From: Octopus bimaculoides | Taxonomy: Eukaryota | NCBI RefSeq assembly: GCF_001194135.2 | Contig: NC_068987.1 | Coordinates: 64,817,162 to 64,881,161, forward strand | Reading direction: 5' to 3' | DNA: 64,000 bases | In this document: in pieces, positions 26,660-40,692 of the stretch | How the letters are laid out: the number at the start of each line of letters is the position of its first letter | Numbering within the stretch: position 1 is the stretch's first letter | The notes under the pieces: generated by a model | Databases searched by the model: none | What the model saw: only the letters and a program-made list of their open reading frames with translations | Told to the model about the DNA's origin: nothing | Made by a program: the position numbers and the translations under genes

Positions 26660-27134
26660 TCATCGTCATCACTATTTAATGCCTGTCTTCCATGCTGGCA
26701 TGGGCTGGAAGGTTTGATAGGAACTGGCCAGCTGACTGGACTACAATTGTCTGTTTTGGCATGGTTTCTATGCCTAAATGCCCTTCCTAATGCCAACCAC
26801 TTCACTGGGTGTGCTGGGTGCTTTTTGCATGCTACTGGTAGGAGTGCATTTTTGTAGCATTGGCATGAATGCAACTTACGTGGCACAGGCACAAATGCAT
26901 GTCACATAACACAGGCACCGGCAAAAGACATGCCTGTATGTGTGGATGGCTGTGATTTTACTTAGGTTGGTGTGTCTTTTCAAGTACAGCAAATCTCCAC
27001 AACTCCCAGACCCTTGTCATTTCTTCAGCATCTAAAGATCCTTTCTCACCACTTCATCCCAAGTCTTCTTGGGTTTACCTCTTCCACAGGTTCCCTCCAC
27101 AATTAGAGAGTAGCACTTCTTTAAACAGCTGTCC

Positions 27135-27140
<6 letters not shown>
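26660..27140 (-). mobile_element. RTE-clade LINE 3' end plus 3' UTR (repeat family B). UTR-like copies at ~16320..16450, 21840..21900, 23160..23330(+), 31880..32050, 32745..33115(+), 40165..40312, 43395..43670, 62520..62700
   Basis: Minus strand of 26990..27140 reads DEDSCLKKCYSLIVEGTCGRGKPKKTWDEVVRKDL (RTE ORF end), contiguous with the ggcattaggaagggcat...catgctggcatggg-(GAT)n tail. Confidence 0.8.
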
Positions 27141-27229
<89 letters not shown>

Positions 27230-28307
27230 ATATGTGTGTAAAAATCATTGTTCACTGATCAAATTTGACAAGACTGTTTTGCTGATGAGGTTCAATAAGG
27301 CTGAAACATGTCTTATTATTTTATTCTGCATTCTGTTTTGCACTTTCTTCCTTATAATCTGACCGTGGAAATTGTATTTTGTCTGTCACTATATCTGTGG
27401 GTTTAGATTTTCTGTAAACTGCTGAAAATGACACCTCACTTTGAGTATGCATTCTCACACTGAGTAAAATGATGGTAGGGTCTAACAAATGGCTTATTTA
27501 GACAATCACCGGAGGAGGTGCATTTTACAAGTTGGACATATGATAATGATTACACAATACGTCATCAATGTACTATGAGTAAAAAAGTGTGGAAACAATC
27601 GTAGTGATTTCGAATAATGCCTTCCATTCTTATAGACTGGCCATGCTGGGGCACCACCTTGAGTATTTTTAGTAGAACTAATCGACTCCAGTACTTATTT
27701 TTATAAGCCTGGTACTTATTCTATTGGGAAAGTCAGGGCTGTACCAGTTTCCATAATTGGTTTTGGCTAGATTTCTACAGCTGGATACTCTTCCTAATGC
27801 CAACTCCACTGAGTGTACAGGGTAATTTTTACATGGCACCATCACCAGTGCCTTTTAAGTGGCACTAGTACCAGTGTATTTCATGTGTCACCAGCACTCA
27901 CACTAATGCCACATGTGACACTTTGGTTTTAGGATCTCAATTCTGGTGTAGTGGATGGGTCTTTCATCATCACCAACATTTAATATCTACTGTCTCTCCC
28001 ACTGCCTCCTTTATTCTTACTATTCAGTTTTTTCTCACTACACTACTTCCACTGCAAGTAAACATATCAGTCCTTTCTGATGAATGTTTCCAGCTGAAAC
28101 TTTAGATTTAGCCTTCTTCCTTATGATAGCATTATTCACTTCTATTTTTGAAATTCTTGTATTTATTATTTGCCAATATGGACTGTCTCTGGTTTCCTTG
28201 GATTCTTTTGTTTAGCTTTAAAGTATTGCAGACATTGACTTCTACAATGGCAGCATCAGACTTATTCATAATGCCTGGTTTTATTGAAAAGTCTCTCTCT
28301 CTCTCTC

Positions 28308-28369
<62 letters not shown>

Positions 28370-28755
28370 ATTGTGGTGTGATATCAGTTTATGTCAAGTA
28401 TTTCATTGTAAAAATGCATTGTATTTCTCTGTAATTATGTGAAACCACACAGTTATTCAGACTGTGTAATAAAATCATGTCACTCAAATAAAGGATGAGA
28501 GAGGGATAATAATAGAATACGAGGTGCATCACAATTGTAATATGCATGATAGGTGTAGGTGTGGCTGTGTGATAAGAAGTTTCTTTCTAACCACTTGGTT
28601 CCGGGTTCAATCTCACTGCATGGCATCTCAGAAAGCATCTTCTACCGTAGTCCTAGGCCAACCAAAGCCTTGCAAGTGGATTTGGTTGGCTGAAACTGAA
28701 AGAAGATGGTCATTTCCATTTCCACCTCAAGGCCACTCTCTTCTGCTGCTCTAGT

Positions 28756-28884
28756 GACCCAAATACCTGGCAGACAATCACCAAAGACCACCTAGAGTGG
28801 CAGCATCTCATTGTGAAGGGAATGGACCAGATGGAAAATAACAGACTTCAAGAGGCAGAGATCAGATGTCAAAGACACAAAAAT
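28756..28884 (+). mobile_element. RTE/BovB-like LINE C-terminal fragment
   Basis: DPNTWQTITKDHLEWQHLIVKGMDQMENNRLQEAEIRCQRHK resembles the recalled DPxTWExLAxDRxxWR...KR end of BovB-like ORFs. Confidence 0.55.
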
Positions 28885-29189
28885 ACATACATACATACAC
28901 ACACTCATGCATACATACACACATACATACATACAAACGAACAAACAAACAAACTATCTTAAATTAACAGCCACAAATCTTGCAAATAGTTACCTAGGGT
29001 TTTCTGGTTGAAATTATAATTTATTCCACCATTTATCAAACTGAAAGCAAAACCGTTTGTCAGTTGATTTTTGAGTAGATAATGTTTAAACAAGAGAGGA
29101 CAAAAAGAAAAAAAAACACAAGGGAGATAAACCACATTACAATAATTTGATGTCAAGCAGATATAAACCAGATGTTAACGGTTTACTAA

Positions 29190-29675
29190 GTACGTACTTT
29201 TAAATTCTGATAAGATATATTTTTTGAAATGTGGTCATAAAGAAAAAAATCACATTCCTCAAATTTATGTATTTGTTGAAGGCTCTCAAGTGTTTTGACA
29301 AATATAGTTTTTCAACATTGATACAGTTTTTCAGCATTTTAATAGATACAGTTTTTTTTTTTAACATTTTCTAGACCTGCTAATACAGAGTCTGGATTTA
29401 GCAAGGATTCTCCATTTGATATTGAGATTGGTTCTTTCAAGTTTCCAGACTAAAGCTGAAAGGGTTGAATACCTCTTATCATGGTACCTAAAGTTCAAAA
29501 GATGGTTGTTATATCTAGATTTAAATTTTCTTTCTGATGCTCTGATAATACATTTGATATTTGTATGACCATTGTCATAGTTTGCTGAAACCTGTGCTTC
29601 ATAAACAATGTGGAAGATATATCGCACTCCTGTCCTAGAGGACATTTAGATTTGTCTCTGCATGTGCACCCGAGA
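29190..29675 (-). mobile_element. Penelope-like element fragment: GIY-YIG endonuclease / C terminus
   Basis: CTCRDKSKCPLGQEC, IVYEAQVS...CIIRASERKFKSRYNNH...STLSALVWKLERTNLNIKWRILAKS...RKC and PHFKKYILSEFK form the PLE Cys-rich plus GIY-YIG pattern, frameshifted. Confidence 0.85.
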
Positions 29676-29806
29676 GAGAGAGAGAGAGATGGCTGTATGG
29701 CTAATAAATTTGCTTCACAATCACATGGTTTCAAGTTCAGTCCCATTGTGCAGCATCTTGTGAATGAATCTGGGAGATGGGAACAGTAGGAAGCCTGCTG
29801 TATAAT

Positions 29807-29841
<35 letters not shown>

Positions 29842-30224
29842 TGTGTATCTGTGCATATGTTTGTATGAACATGTTTGAATGTTGACAACCTGTAGCTTTG
29901 GTTGCTGGAAGTTGTAAATTATATTTGCATTCCTTGTTGACAGTATGACTGATCATGCTGTGCATTAAAAGATTTGTAAAATAATAAATCCCTCACTTGA
30001 AGACAGAGGTAAGGGTTGGTGGTAGGAACAGCATAAAGCTGTAGAGTCAAATACATCTGTGTCTAATTCATGCTAACATGGATGTGATGTTAAATGAATA
30101 ATTGAATACATACACACTGGATCTTGAATGTGTGTGTGTGTGTGTTTAGAAAATCTGCCTCAACAAATTCTGTCTGATCCATGAAAACATAGAGAAGTGG
30201 ATGGTAAAAATGATAATAACACAT

Positions 30225-30257
<33 letters not shown>

Positions 30258-30390
30258 TTTTGTGTTAGAGATTCAAGATGAAGATGGTTTTTTTGTCTGA
30301 TTGTTGAATCAAATATTTGACTGTATGGTGTATTTGATTATTAAAAATATATAACTTTATTTATTCATTTTTCTTTTGTAGAAACTCATT

Positions 30391-31126
30391 ATGGCAAGTG
30401 GAGAATCTAGCCAGTCTTCCCGAGTACCCCCACCGAGACCTACCCCGCCAGCTAAAATACTATATAAGAGGTTTCAGAAGCTCTTTAAAACATCACTGCA
30501 ACTTGCCAATGAAGGAATTGTATTTGATGAGATTGGAAAAGCTAATGATGCTATTAATATGTACACAATGTGCCTTGAGCACATCAAGTTCAGTCTCGAT
30601 GTTGATCTTGACGATCAATACCTGTCAACAGATGAACAAACATCTTACCGAGACATGCTTCACAAATTGACCAAGACAAAGATGCAAGTCGAATCACGCC
30701 TTGATATGCTGAACGTTGTGAATAATACCGCAACCGACAGTAATTCAAATGTAATGAGTCCACCTTCCTATGAAGAGGTCATGTCCGGATCTTTTGTTGG
30801 TGCTCAAGATGGAGCAACTGCTTCTAGAAACACTCACTGTGCCAACCGCCGTGTCTCACAGAATGCCACGCGGATATTTTTCATACCAGAAGGTGTACAG
30901 CTGCTCTATATAACTCCGGAAGGTTATGTCACAGCTCCTTCCTATCCCACTGCCCTCAACATATATCGCATAGATGAAGAAGACACCAGTGAAACTGCCA
31001 ATACCACACCTCCCGCTTTCTTACAGGTTGGAGAATGGCTCTATCCACTCTTACCTGGAATTTCCCCAGTCTTACATGCTTCATATGGAGCGTATATATT
31101 CCCTGACATGCTTGCACCAAGAGAGG
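30391..31126 (+). CDS. SPART: Spartin coding exon 1 (MIT domain, PPSY motif, start of central domain)
   Basis: Acceptor ttttcttttgtag ends at 30381, ATG at 30391, 245 codons open, donor G|gtgagt at 31127. PPSY is at 30760..30771. Confidence 0.95.
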
Positions 31127-33923
31127 GTGAGTATCAGTAGTTATTTTTATTTTAATTCATTTTTCTTTTTACTCTCTTTTTGCTCAGCAAACTTATTCCT
31201 ACCACCATTCTTTGATATCTTGTTCATTTCTGACGTCATTAGTATTACTGTTACTATTGTCCAACGTATGCTAGCATGGAACATGGACATTAAATAATGA
31301 TAATGGTGGTTGTCACAAATAGTATTCATTCATCATCATTTTAATATCCACTTTTCCATGGATCAGATGAAACTTGTTGCGGCAGTTTTTCTACAGCTGG
31401 ATGCTCTTAAATGTCTATTTCTCCCTAATCCTTTAAACAATAAACAGCTTAGTGACCAAACATGTTTTCACAGCAAATTGCAAATGAAGACACTACAATG
31501 CACACGCACGCACGAAGGACTTCCTGCAGTTTCCACCTGTCAATTCCACTTACAAAGCATTGATCAGCGCAAAGTCATAGTAGAAGACACCTGTCCACAG
31601 TATCATGCAGTAGGAAAAAGTCAAAATGATGCTGTAAAGCAAGCCTTTAGCCACACACAGCCATGTTAGTGTCCTCAATATTAACATTAATCACATCACT
31701 ATTATCCATTTTTAAACCTTTCAGTTTCTAATTTCCTGTCAAAGTATCATTTCTGTTGTTGTAGTAGTTCTGTTAATAATAATAGTCTCTGCTCTCTCTA
31801 CAACACTCTGACTATTCTACTAACCAAGACCGAAAACATTACAAAGAGCATCAGCCTACCTACATCATCATCATCATCATCATCATTTAATGTCTGTTTT
31901 CTATGCTGGCATGGGTTGGACAGCATAACAGGAACTGGCAAGGCCAGGGGCTACACTAGGTTCCATGGTCTGTTTTGGCTTGGCATCTATGGCTGGATGT
32001 CCTTCCTAATGCCAGCCACTCCACAGTGTGTACTGGGTGCTTTTTAAGTGACACCATCACTAGTGCTTTTTATGTGGCACCAGCACCAGTGCTTTTTACA
32101 TGGCACCAGTGCTTTTTACATGGCACCAGCACCGACACCAATGCTTTTTATGTGGCACTTTGGTTTTAGGATCTCAGTTCTGTTGTGGTGGGCAATACAG
32201 ATTCCACATTATTATCATCCTTCTCCATTATCTTTATCAACTTCTCTAGCACTATGAACTTTTCTTCATCCTTTATTTTCACTGACATGACCACCACTCA
32301 CCATGTCCTCACATCCTCATCATTATCATTTGTTACCATCTCTATCACATACAACTCCACATTCTTCATTCTCTTTATCATTACCTCTACCATCATCACC
32401 ATCATTGCTTGCCATACCCTTGTATTGTTACTGCCACCAATACCACCATCATCAACATAACCTCTGTATATCTACATTCGCATGGATCAGCCATAGAATC
32501 CATGCCAGAAGAGAAAATGGAGCCAGGTGCAGCCCCTGGCCTTACCAGCTCCAGTGAAATCATCCAACCCATGCCAGCATGGAAAACAGACATTAAATGA
32601 TGATGATGATTTTCCATGCTTGCATGGGTCAGACAGAATTCATTGAAGCATATTTTCTAAAGCTGGATGCCCTTCCTGTTGTGAGCACTCACTCATTTCA
32701 AAGTTAGGCTAAGATAGTAATTCCCCATGGCCTGAAATTGTTTTTTATGGGAAACCATTTGCGCGTGATCGTCACCAATGTTGCCTTCCTGGCACTTGTG
32801 CCAGTGGCACATGAAAAGACATTCGAGCGAGATCGTTGCCAGTGCCGCTGGACTGGCTCCTGTGCAGGTGGCATGTAAAATACACCATTTTGAGCATGGC
32901 CGTTGCCAGTACCACCTGACTGGCCTCCATGCCAGTGGCACGGTAAAAGCACCCACTACACTCTCAGAGTGGTTGGCGTTAGGAAGGGCATCCAGCTGTA
33001 GAAACTCTGCCAAATCAGATTGGAGCCTGGTGTAGCCACCTGGTCCACCGGTCCTCAGTCAAATCGTCCAACCCATGCTAGCATGGAAAGCGGACGTTAA
33101 ACACCGATGATGATAATGGTGTCCTAATATTTTTCTGTTATGTTAAGTGATGAGATGAGCTGTTTTTCCATATTTATATTTCTTGATTAAGTTATTATTA
33201 GCAGAGTAAACATTGGCCATTGACCTTATAATCTGTTTTCAGATCTACCTCCAATGTTTTGGTTGTTACATGGGAAAATAAGATGTGTGTGTGTGTGGCT
33301 GCATTTTATGTATGTGTAAGATTGAATATGTGTCAATGTATTGTGTAAAAGTGCCTGTGTGTATACTATGTGTGTGTGTGTGTATGCATGATGGAGTGAA
33401 TATGGTGTGGATGTGTGTATTGTATGTGTTTTTATGTGTGAGAGAGTGTATATGTGTATGATTGCATATATTGTGTGTATGTATGTGAGAGAATGAATAT
33501 TTTATGTATAGGTGTGTGTGTGTGTGTGTGTGTGTGCATACCTTTATATATCATCATCATTTTACCTCTACCTTTCCATGCCTGGATCAGACAAGAGTAT
33601 GTCAGGAGGTGCAGAAGTTTCTGTGGCCAGATACTCTTCCTGTCACCAACTCCCACTTGTTTCCAAGTGGGGTAATAATGTCCCAGTCTGTCAAACAACA
33701 AACGACCTTTGCATATTTATATAGAGAACTGGAAACAAATGACAAGAGGTGATTAAACTTTTAGTTTCACAAAGATTGCACAACATGCCAAGACATGTCA
33801 AGAAGATATGCTTTTGTGGTGGATGCAAGCAAATGAAACTACTGTTAGCAAAGCCATTGTTTAAAATCAGTGTGTGAATATACTTATGGATGAGGGAAAT
33901 AGGAACTCACATGCACACACACA

Positions 33924-33954
<31 letters not shown>

Positions 33955-36900
33955 GCGCATGACTAATTTCTTTCAGTTTCTGTCTAACATATCTATTCAC
34001 ATCTAGTAAGCGAAGGGGCCAGTATATAAAGGAAAAGAAGAAAACAAGAACTACACGCACAACAACAGAAATTGTAAAAAACTTACTCTCTTCCCTTTTT
34101 TTTCTCCCTCTTGTCCATGTATCCATTAAAACTCAATATGACTGAACTTTCAATAATGTACATTTGTTATATCCTTCGCCAAACATTTACTTTGATATTA
34201 ACTATCCCTGTGAAACTCATTGAATTCTGTGAACATTTGATCATTTGATTGCTTAAACATGTCTGTCTGATTCCTATTTAATAATTTTAAATCCTGTTAA
34301 AATCCTCTTGTTTTAAATATATTTATACCATTGATAGACAAAAAATTGTTGAAACTAGTTTGGTATGTATGTGAATAAATCTGTTTACAACAACTACATG
34401 TTTTTCAAATTCAGGTGTATTTTCAAACCCCAAAACAAATTCTCCTATATTTTTTCTTGTGTGAGAATACACCTCCCCCCCACGTATATATATACTGGAA
34501 CTGAAACTGAAACAACACTGTTGGAAGGCAGGTTTAGAGAAGGCACAAGCCAAAACTACGTGTCCTTCTGCTCCATCGGTCATTTGAAGCTCAGACAGTG
34601 TCACGTGACCGTTAGCTGGTGCTGGCTGCTGGAGCCTACTGGCAAGTATTTACAGGAAAATTTGGCATGATGGTCATTTGCCCGCTGACATTCGTTGACG
34701 CTGCATTGAAGAAACAAAAGAAAAAGGAAGCAGAAGAAATGCACTCAACACCAGAGCTGAAGACACCTCTGAAAGGGGAGCTCCGCCATGTCAAAAACAG
34801 TAGAGGAGTAGGGGCTGAAACCAGATATGGTTCCTCCTGATGATGTCTTTCGCCATTGGATCCTATAAAGGAGCTGTTGTATGAAACGTGGTTGGAATCC
34901 TTACCCTCATATATATATATGCTATGCTATGCTTCTGTGAGTGTGTATTGAGCATATTCATGTTTTTCAAGAAAATAAACAGCATCTAACCATATTGTTT
35001 ATAATATATATATATATGTGCATATAAAGTTGCAAGCTGGCAGAATTGCTACTGCACCAAGCAAAATGCTTAGAGGCATTTTGTTTGTCTTTATGTTCTG
35101 AGTTCAAAATCTACCAGGGTTGACTGTGATTTTCATCCTTATGGGATCAATAAAATAAGTACCAGTTGAGTACTGGGGTCAATGTAATTGATTTACTCCC
35201 TCCCCTGAACTTGCTGGCCTTGTGCCAAAATTTGAAATTAATTTATATATGCATATGTGTGTGTGTGTGTGTGTGTGTTATGCCAGATGTTACTTCTGTA
35301 ACATGGTTTCAACTTAATATCCATGAATTTAGATTTGGTGATCTTCAGTGGACTTTTTTGGTTGCTGGTGATGCAGAAGACAAGATTATGGCATGTCATG
35401 TGGTACATTACATCACCACTGCTCTGTGTTGCCTTGGAATAAGATTATCGCAGTATTATCACAGAATATATTTGGCTTTGTACTCTGCTTTTGACCTCCT
35501 TCTCTGTTTTTTTTAGGCTGTTCAGTTGGTCTTATATTACCAAAATCATTGTCTCCGGAGGAAAAAAAGGAATTTGAAGACTTACTTTCAAACCTCACAC
35601 ACCTTGAACGACAGCCCCGTGCTGAAAGACCTCGAGTTTTGGACCTTGGGGAAAAGAGTATTAGTCAGGAAGAGGAAGAAAAGACCAGTACAAAAGTCGC
35701 CAAGGGTATAGAAAAAGGTTTGGGATGTTTGTTTATTTTTTGTCTTTTCCCTTCTTTTCACTGCAGTATTCTTACCATATATGTTATATCTGTTACGCAA
35801 TTATTAGAAACTTTGTTTGTAACTTACTCTTAACCTCTCACTGTGATTACTGGTAGAACCTCATTAAAGTTTGACTAAATGGTTCATGTGAGCTGTCTGA
35901 ACTGTATATAGTAAATGGCTAAATGTAGGCTTAGGGATTGTCAGTGTTATTAGTGAAGGTCCATTAGGATTTTATCCCCAGTTCTTGTTTCATTATCTTA
36001 ATTCTCATGAGACATAATAAGGCTGTGCTGGTAGAAGTATTTGTGAAAGCTGCTGTATGCTGATACCATAGCTCTTGGTGTTGAAATTGATCAAGGAATT
36101 TATAAAGAATCTTTGAAATTAATGACAATAGATTTTTACTGAAGGGCTTGAAAGTAAAATATAGCTCTCATTAAAGTGGTAACTAATAGTTGGAATCACT
36201 GAAGCTGTAACAGTATCTGGGATATGGATTCCTTTGATATGCATGAAAGGTATATCATCATGAACAATACTGTTGTCATTAGAATGAATTAATGCATTAA
36301 GTATACACTGACAGCACATCTTGGACTTCTTTACATATAGCTCCAATAATTGTTGTTGTTGTAGTTGTTGCTGTACTAGTTGCTTCTGCAACTCCTGTTG
36401 CTGTTCTTGTTGCTTTTGTAACTGTATTATAGAAGCTAATAGGTCTTCCATCATTTAACAAGTTGTATCACAAACAAACTGTTAAATAAGCTACGTGAGC
36501 TTTGAAACCCTAATCGCCAGATATTGTGTCCTCCATCTACAAATGTCGTGGTACTGCCATGATATTGTGACGGATGGTTTAGATACACTGTACCAGTGTA
36601 GCAACAGTAAACAAGATAACGATGCAGCTGTAATAACAACATAATGATCCAACAATCTCGTCACAAACCAACAATCAGTATTTCAAACAAACTAACCAAC
36701 CGACACCTTCCGACTTCACTGCAAACTCAACTTGAGCTAATACAAATTTTACTCCGACTGCTATTATTTATATTGCTTGGTCCAGTCTATTTCTCACTAG
36801 TGGGTGTCGTGACTCTCATCACAACAGTTATCATCAACAGTGTTTTCTTTACTGTATTATTCTTTCAGTTGCTGAACTCATTGCCTGGGGTCTTGGTAAA

Positions 36901-38874
36901 GGAGCAGAACATGGTACAGCACTTCTTAAGAAAGGGTCTGAACAAATTATTTCTCACATAAGTCCAGCTCAGCGCAAAGCTGTTGATCCAACTGCTCAAA
37001 AAAGTGCTGAGTATTTAAGATATGCAACACATTCTGCTGTGAGAGTTAGTGGCTATGCCTGTAAGTAATTGTTTTTTTTTTTGGTCTTTCCTCCTCTTTC
37101 AACTTTTTCATTCTACTCTTGTTTACCTTATATTTCATACTTCACATTTTACCATAACAAGGTAAGTTGTTATGTTTACTGTGTAAGTTAAACAGAACTG
37201 TTATACTGAAGTGTGGGATCATATTTTTTGGGAGAGGCCACTCTAGATATGACATACTTTTGCCTGTTCTGTTGTGAATAACGAAAACATCTGGTATTCT
37301 GGTTGCTCTTGTTTAAGTGGAAATCATTCTAAACTTAGTAATCCTGTATTTATTGTTGCTATATAAGTAGTTTGGTCTCCAATTTAACCAACAAAGTTGC
37401 TTAATGAGGGAGATTTTGCTGTTGTCTTCAACTGGTCAAACAACATTATAGACAGCAAGTTAATGAAGGAGCCTCTGTGTAGTTGTTTGACCTATTAGAA
37501 ATAGCAGCTAAATCTCTACAAAATTACATTTAGCTGACTTCAAAATAAAGATATACTAAAAAATGGGTTGTAGTCGGCATTATTTTTTTATTTTGTTAGT
37601 TCTATTAGGGTTGATCTGGGCATTGAACAGAAGCAATTTGATAGAAGCTCCCTTATTGGTTTATGAAAAACAATGATCTTTGTTTCAAACATAGACAGAA
37701 GTTTTTAACATTTCCCAAAATCCCTTAATCTTGTCACAATATAAGGGTTGCCAATTTAGCATATTTTATGCTAGATCTAGCATTTTTTTTCAGCATTTAT
37801 CAGAAAATTTTTGAATCTAGCATTTAGCAGGGAAAATAGCAGGTTTAAAATTTTATTTAGCATATTTTTAGCATTTTTCTTGGATCATGACATTTCCACA
37901 ATAGTTTCCCTTTTTTTCTTCTTTTTCCTCCTTTTCCACTTTCGTTAATGTATCTTATAGTCAAATTTTAGTACTATCGGCTATTATTGAATTTTTCTTT
38001 CACTTTCTTGAAACTTCAAATAAAAGTTTATCAAAAGGAAGTTTATCAAGTTATGAACTTATATTTTTATTAATCATTCGATTTATTTTCTTGCTTCCCA
38101 CTACATTATAATGAGCAAAGATAAAACAAAGTTGTACTGGCAAAAATTCTGAAAGGAATGACTTGTGATGCCAGCGTTTACTAAGTGGTTGTGTGAAGTA
38201 CCTAGTGACCAATCTAAAACACATTGCAGATATTGTAGATGTAATATGTTGGCAAAATATTCTCTTTCAGTAAGCCACTTTGAAGCAAAGAAACATAAGG
38301 CATCAACTCCACAGCAAATGATTCCTCATACCAATCTTATTAAAACCAAAAATGATAAGACATCTATGCTTGAAGCAGATTTAGTTTATTTGTTGCCACT
38401 CATCATTTAATAGCTGTGATCACTTAATAAAGTTATGTAAGAATTATATGTCTGATAATGATATTATATCCAAAGTGATGTTGCATTGTGCAAAATGTGC
38501 AAATATTGTGAGAAATGTTCTAGCTCCATATTTTGATATAGAGATTTAATTTCTGATACAGGAGATAGAAAATTTAGCCTGTTATTAGATGAATTCAATG
38601 ATATATCAAATTCCAGTTTAATATCTTCTATCTTTTACTTGCTTCAGTCATTAGGCAGTGGCCATGCTGGGGCACAACCTTGAAAATTTTTTAGTTGAAT
38701 CTATCAACCCCTGTACTTATTTTTTTAAAGCCTGGTACTTATTCTAGCAGTCTCTTTTGCTGAACTGCTAAGTTATAAGAATGTAAACATACTAGCACCA
38801 GTTGTCAAGTGATGGCGATGGTGGAGACAAGCACACACACATGTGCGAGCGTGCACACACACATGTGCGAGCGT

Positions 38875-38909
<35 letters not shown>

Positions 38910-40324
38910 CACACATACACACGAGTTTCTTTCAGTTTCTGTCTACCAAATCTACTCACATGTCTTTGGTCAGTCCAAGGCTATAGTAGAAGACACTTGC
39001 CCAAAGTTCCACCATTGGGACTGAACCCAGGACCATGTGGTTGGGAAGCAAGCTTCTTACCACACACCCAATCCTGTGCTTATGTTAAAGTTATTTTACT
39101 AAATTTCTTTATTTACAAACTTAGCTGAAACAAAGCCCATGCATTTCAATAGAAATATGGTAGCAAAAGGGTTAACAGCATCCTCAGTTTTTCAAATACC
39201 TTAACCTTAGATTCACACCTGCCCAACTATACCCCAATTATTACCTAATTCAACTGATTATTTTTCAGTTAATAAAAATGTTGTTAAATATTTCATTTAG
39301 TGAGCAAACTTGGTGATGCTACAATGGCTTTTGGTCGTATTCTTGCACCACACTTGAAAGAACAAGGGAAAAAGATTTTACCGAAGTCTATTACAAACAG
39401 CTCAGAGGCAGCTTCTAATTTTGATGCTGCTATTGAAATTGCTTCAAGTGGTATAAAAGGTAGGTGTACAAATTTTGACATGTTTCTCTTTCATAAACGT
39501 AACACATTATGGTTTTATCTTTTACTTGTTTCAGTCATTTGACTGTGGCTATGCTGGGACACTACTTTGAAGGGTTTTAGCTGAACAAATCAACCCCAGG
39601 TTTTCTTTTTCTTTTTAAGCTCGGCCCCTTTTTGCTGATCTGCTTAATTATGGGGATGCAAACATACCAGCACTGGTCGTCAAGTGGTGGAGGGGAGGAA
39701 CACAGGCATAAAAACACATGCACACAGATGTATATATCTCTTTTAGTTGTTTCAGTTACTTGACTGCGGTCATGCTGGAGCACCACCTTTAGTCAAGAAA
39801 ATTGATCCCGGGACTTATTCTTTGTAAGCCTAGTACTTATTCTATCGCACTCTTTTGCCGAACCGCTAAGTGAAGGGGACATAAACACACCAGCATCAGT
39901 TGTCAAGCAATGCTAGGGGGACAAACACAGACACACTAACATACACACACACACACACACATATATATTTACATATATATGATGGGCTTCTTTAAGTTTC
40001 CATCTGCTAAATCCACTCACAAGGCTTTGGTTAGCCTGAGGCTATAGTAGAAGACACTTGTCCAAGATGCCACACAGTGGGACTGAACCAGGAACCATGT
40101 GGTTGATAAGCAAGCTACTTACCACACAGCCACTCCTATATATCATCATCATCATCATCATCATCATCGTTTAACGTCCGCTTTCCATGCTAGCATGGGT
40201 TGGACGATTTGACTGAGGACTGGTGAAACCGGATGGCAACACCAAGCTCCAATCTGATTTGGCAGAGTTTCTACAGCTGGATGCCCTTCCTAACGCCAAC
40301 CACTCAGAGAGTGTATATATATAT

Positions 40325-40384
<60 letters not shown>

Positions 40385-40652
40385 NNNNNNNNNNNNNNNN
40401 NNNNNNNNNNNNNNNNNNNNNNNNNNNNNNNNNNNNNNNNNNNNNNNNNNNNNNNNNNNNNNNNNNNNNNNNNNNNNNNNNNNNNNNNNNNNNNNNNNNN
40501 NNNNNNNNNNNNNNNNNNNNNNNNNNNNNNNNNNNNNNNNNNNNNNNNNNNNNNNNNNNNNNNNNNNNNNNNNNNNNNNNNNNNNNNNNNNNNNNNNNNN
40601 NNNNNNNNNNNNNNNNNNNNNNNNNNNNNNNNNNNNNNNNNNNNNNNNNNNN

Positions 40653-40692
<40 letters not shown>

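Noticed and set aside
28075-28105. CTGATGA...GAAAC hammerhead-like spacing
   Set aside because: Helix II does not pair and there is no NUH triplet with a helix III.
34365-34840. ORFs 34365..34670 and 34619..34840 as extra spartin exons
   Set aside because: No spartin-like residues, and exon 1 splices in frame directly to 35517 with continuous homology.
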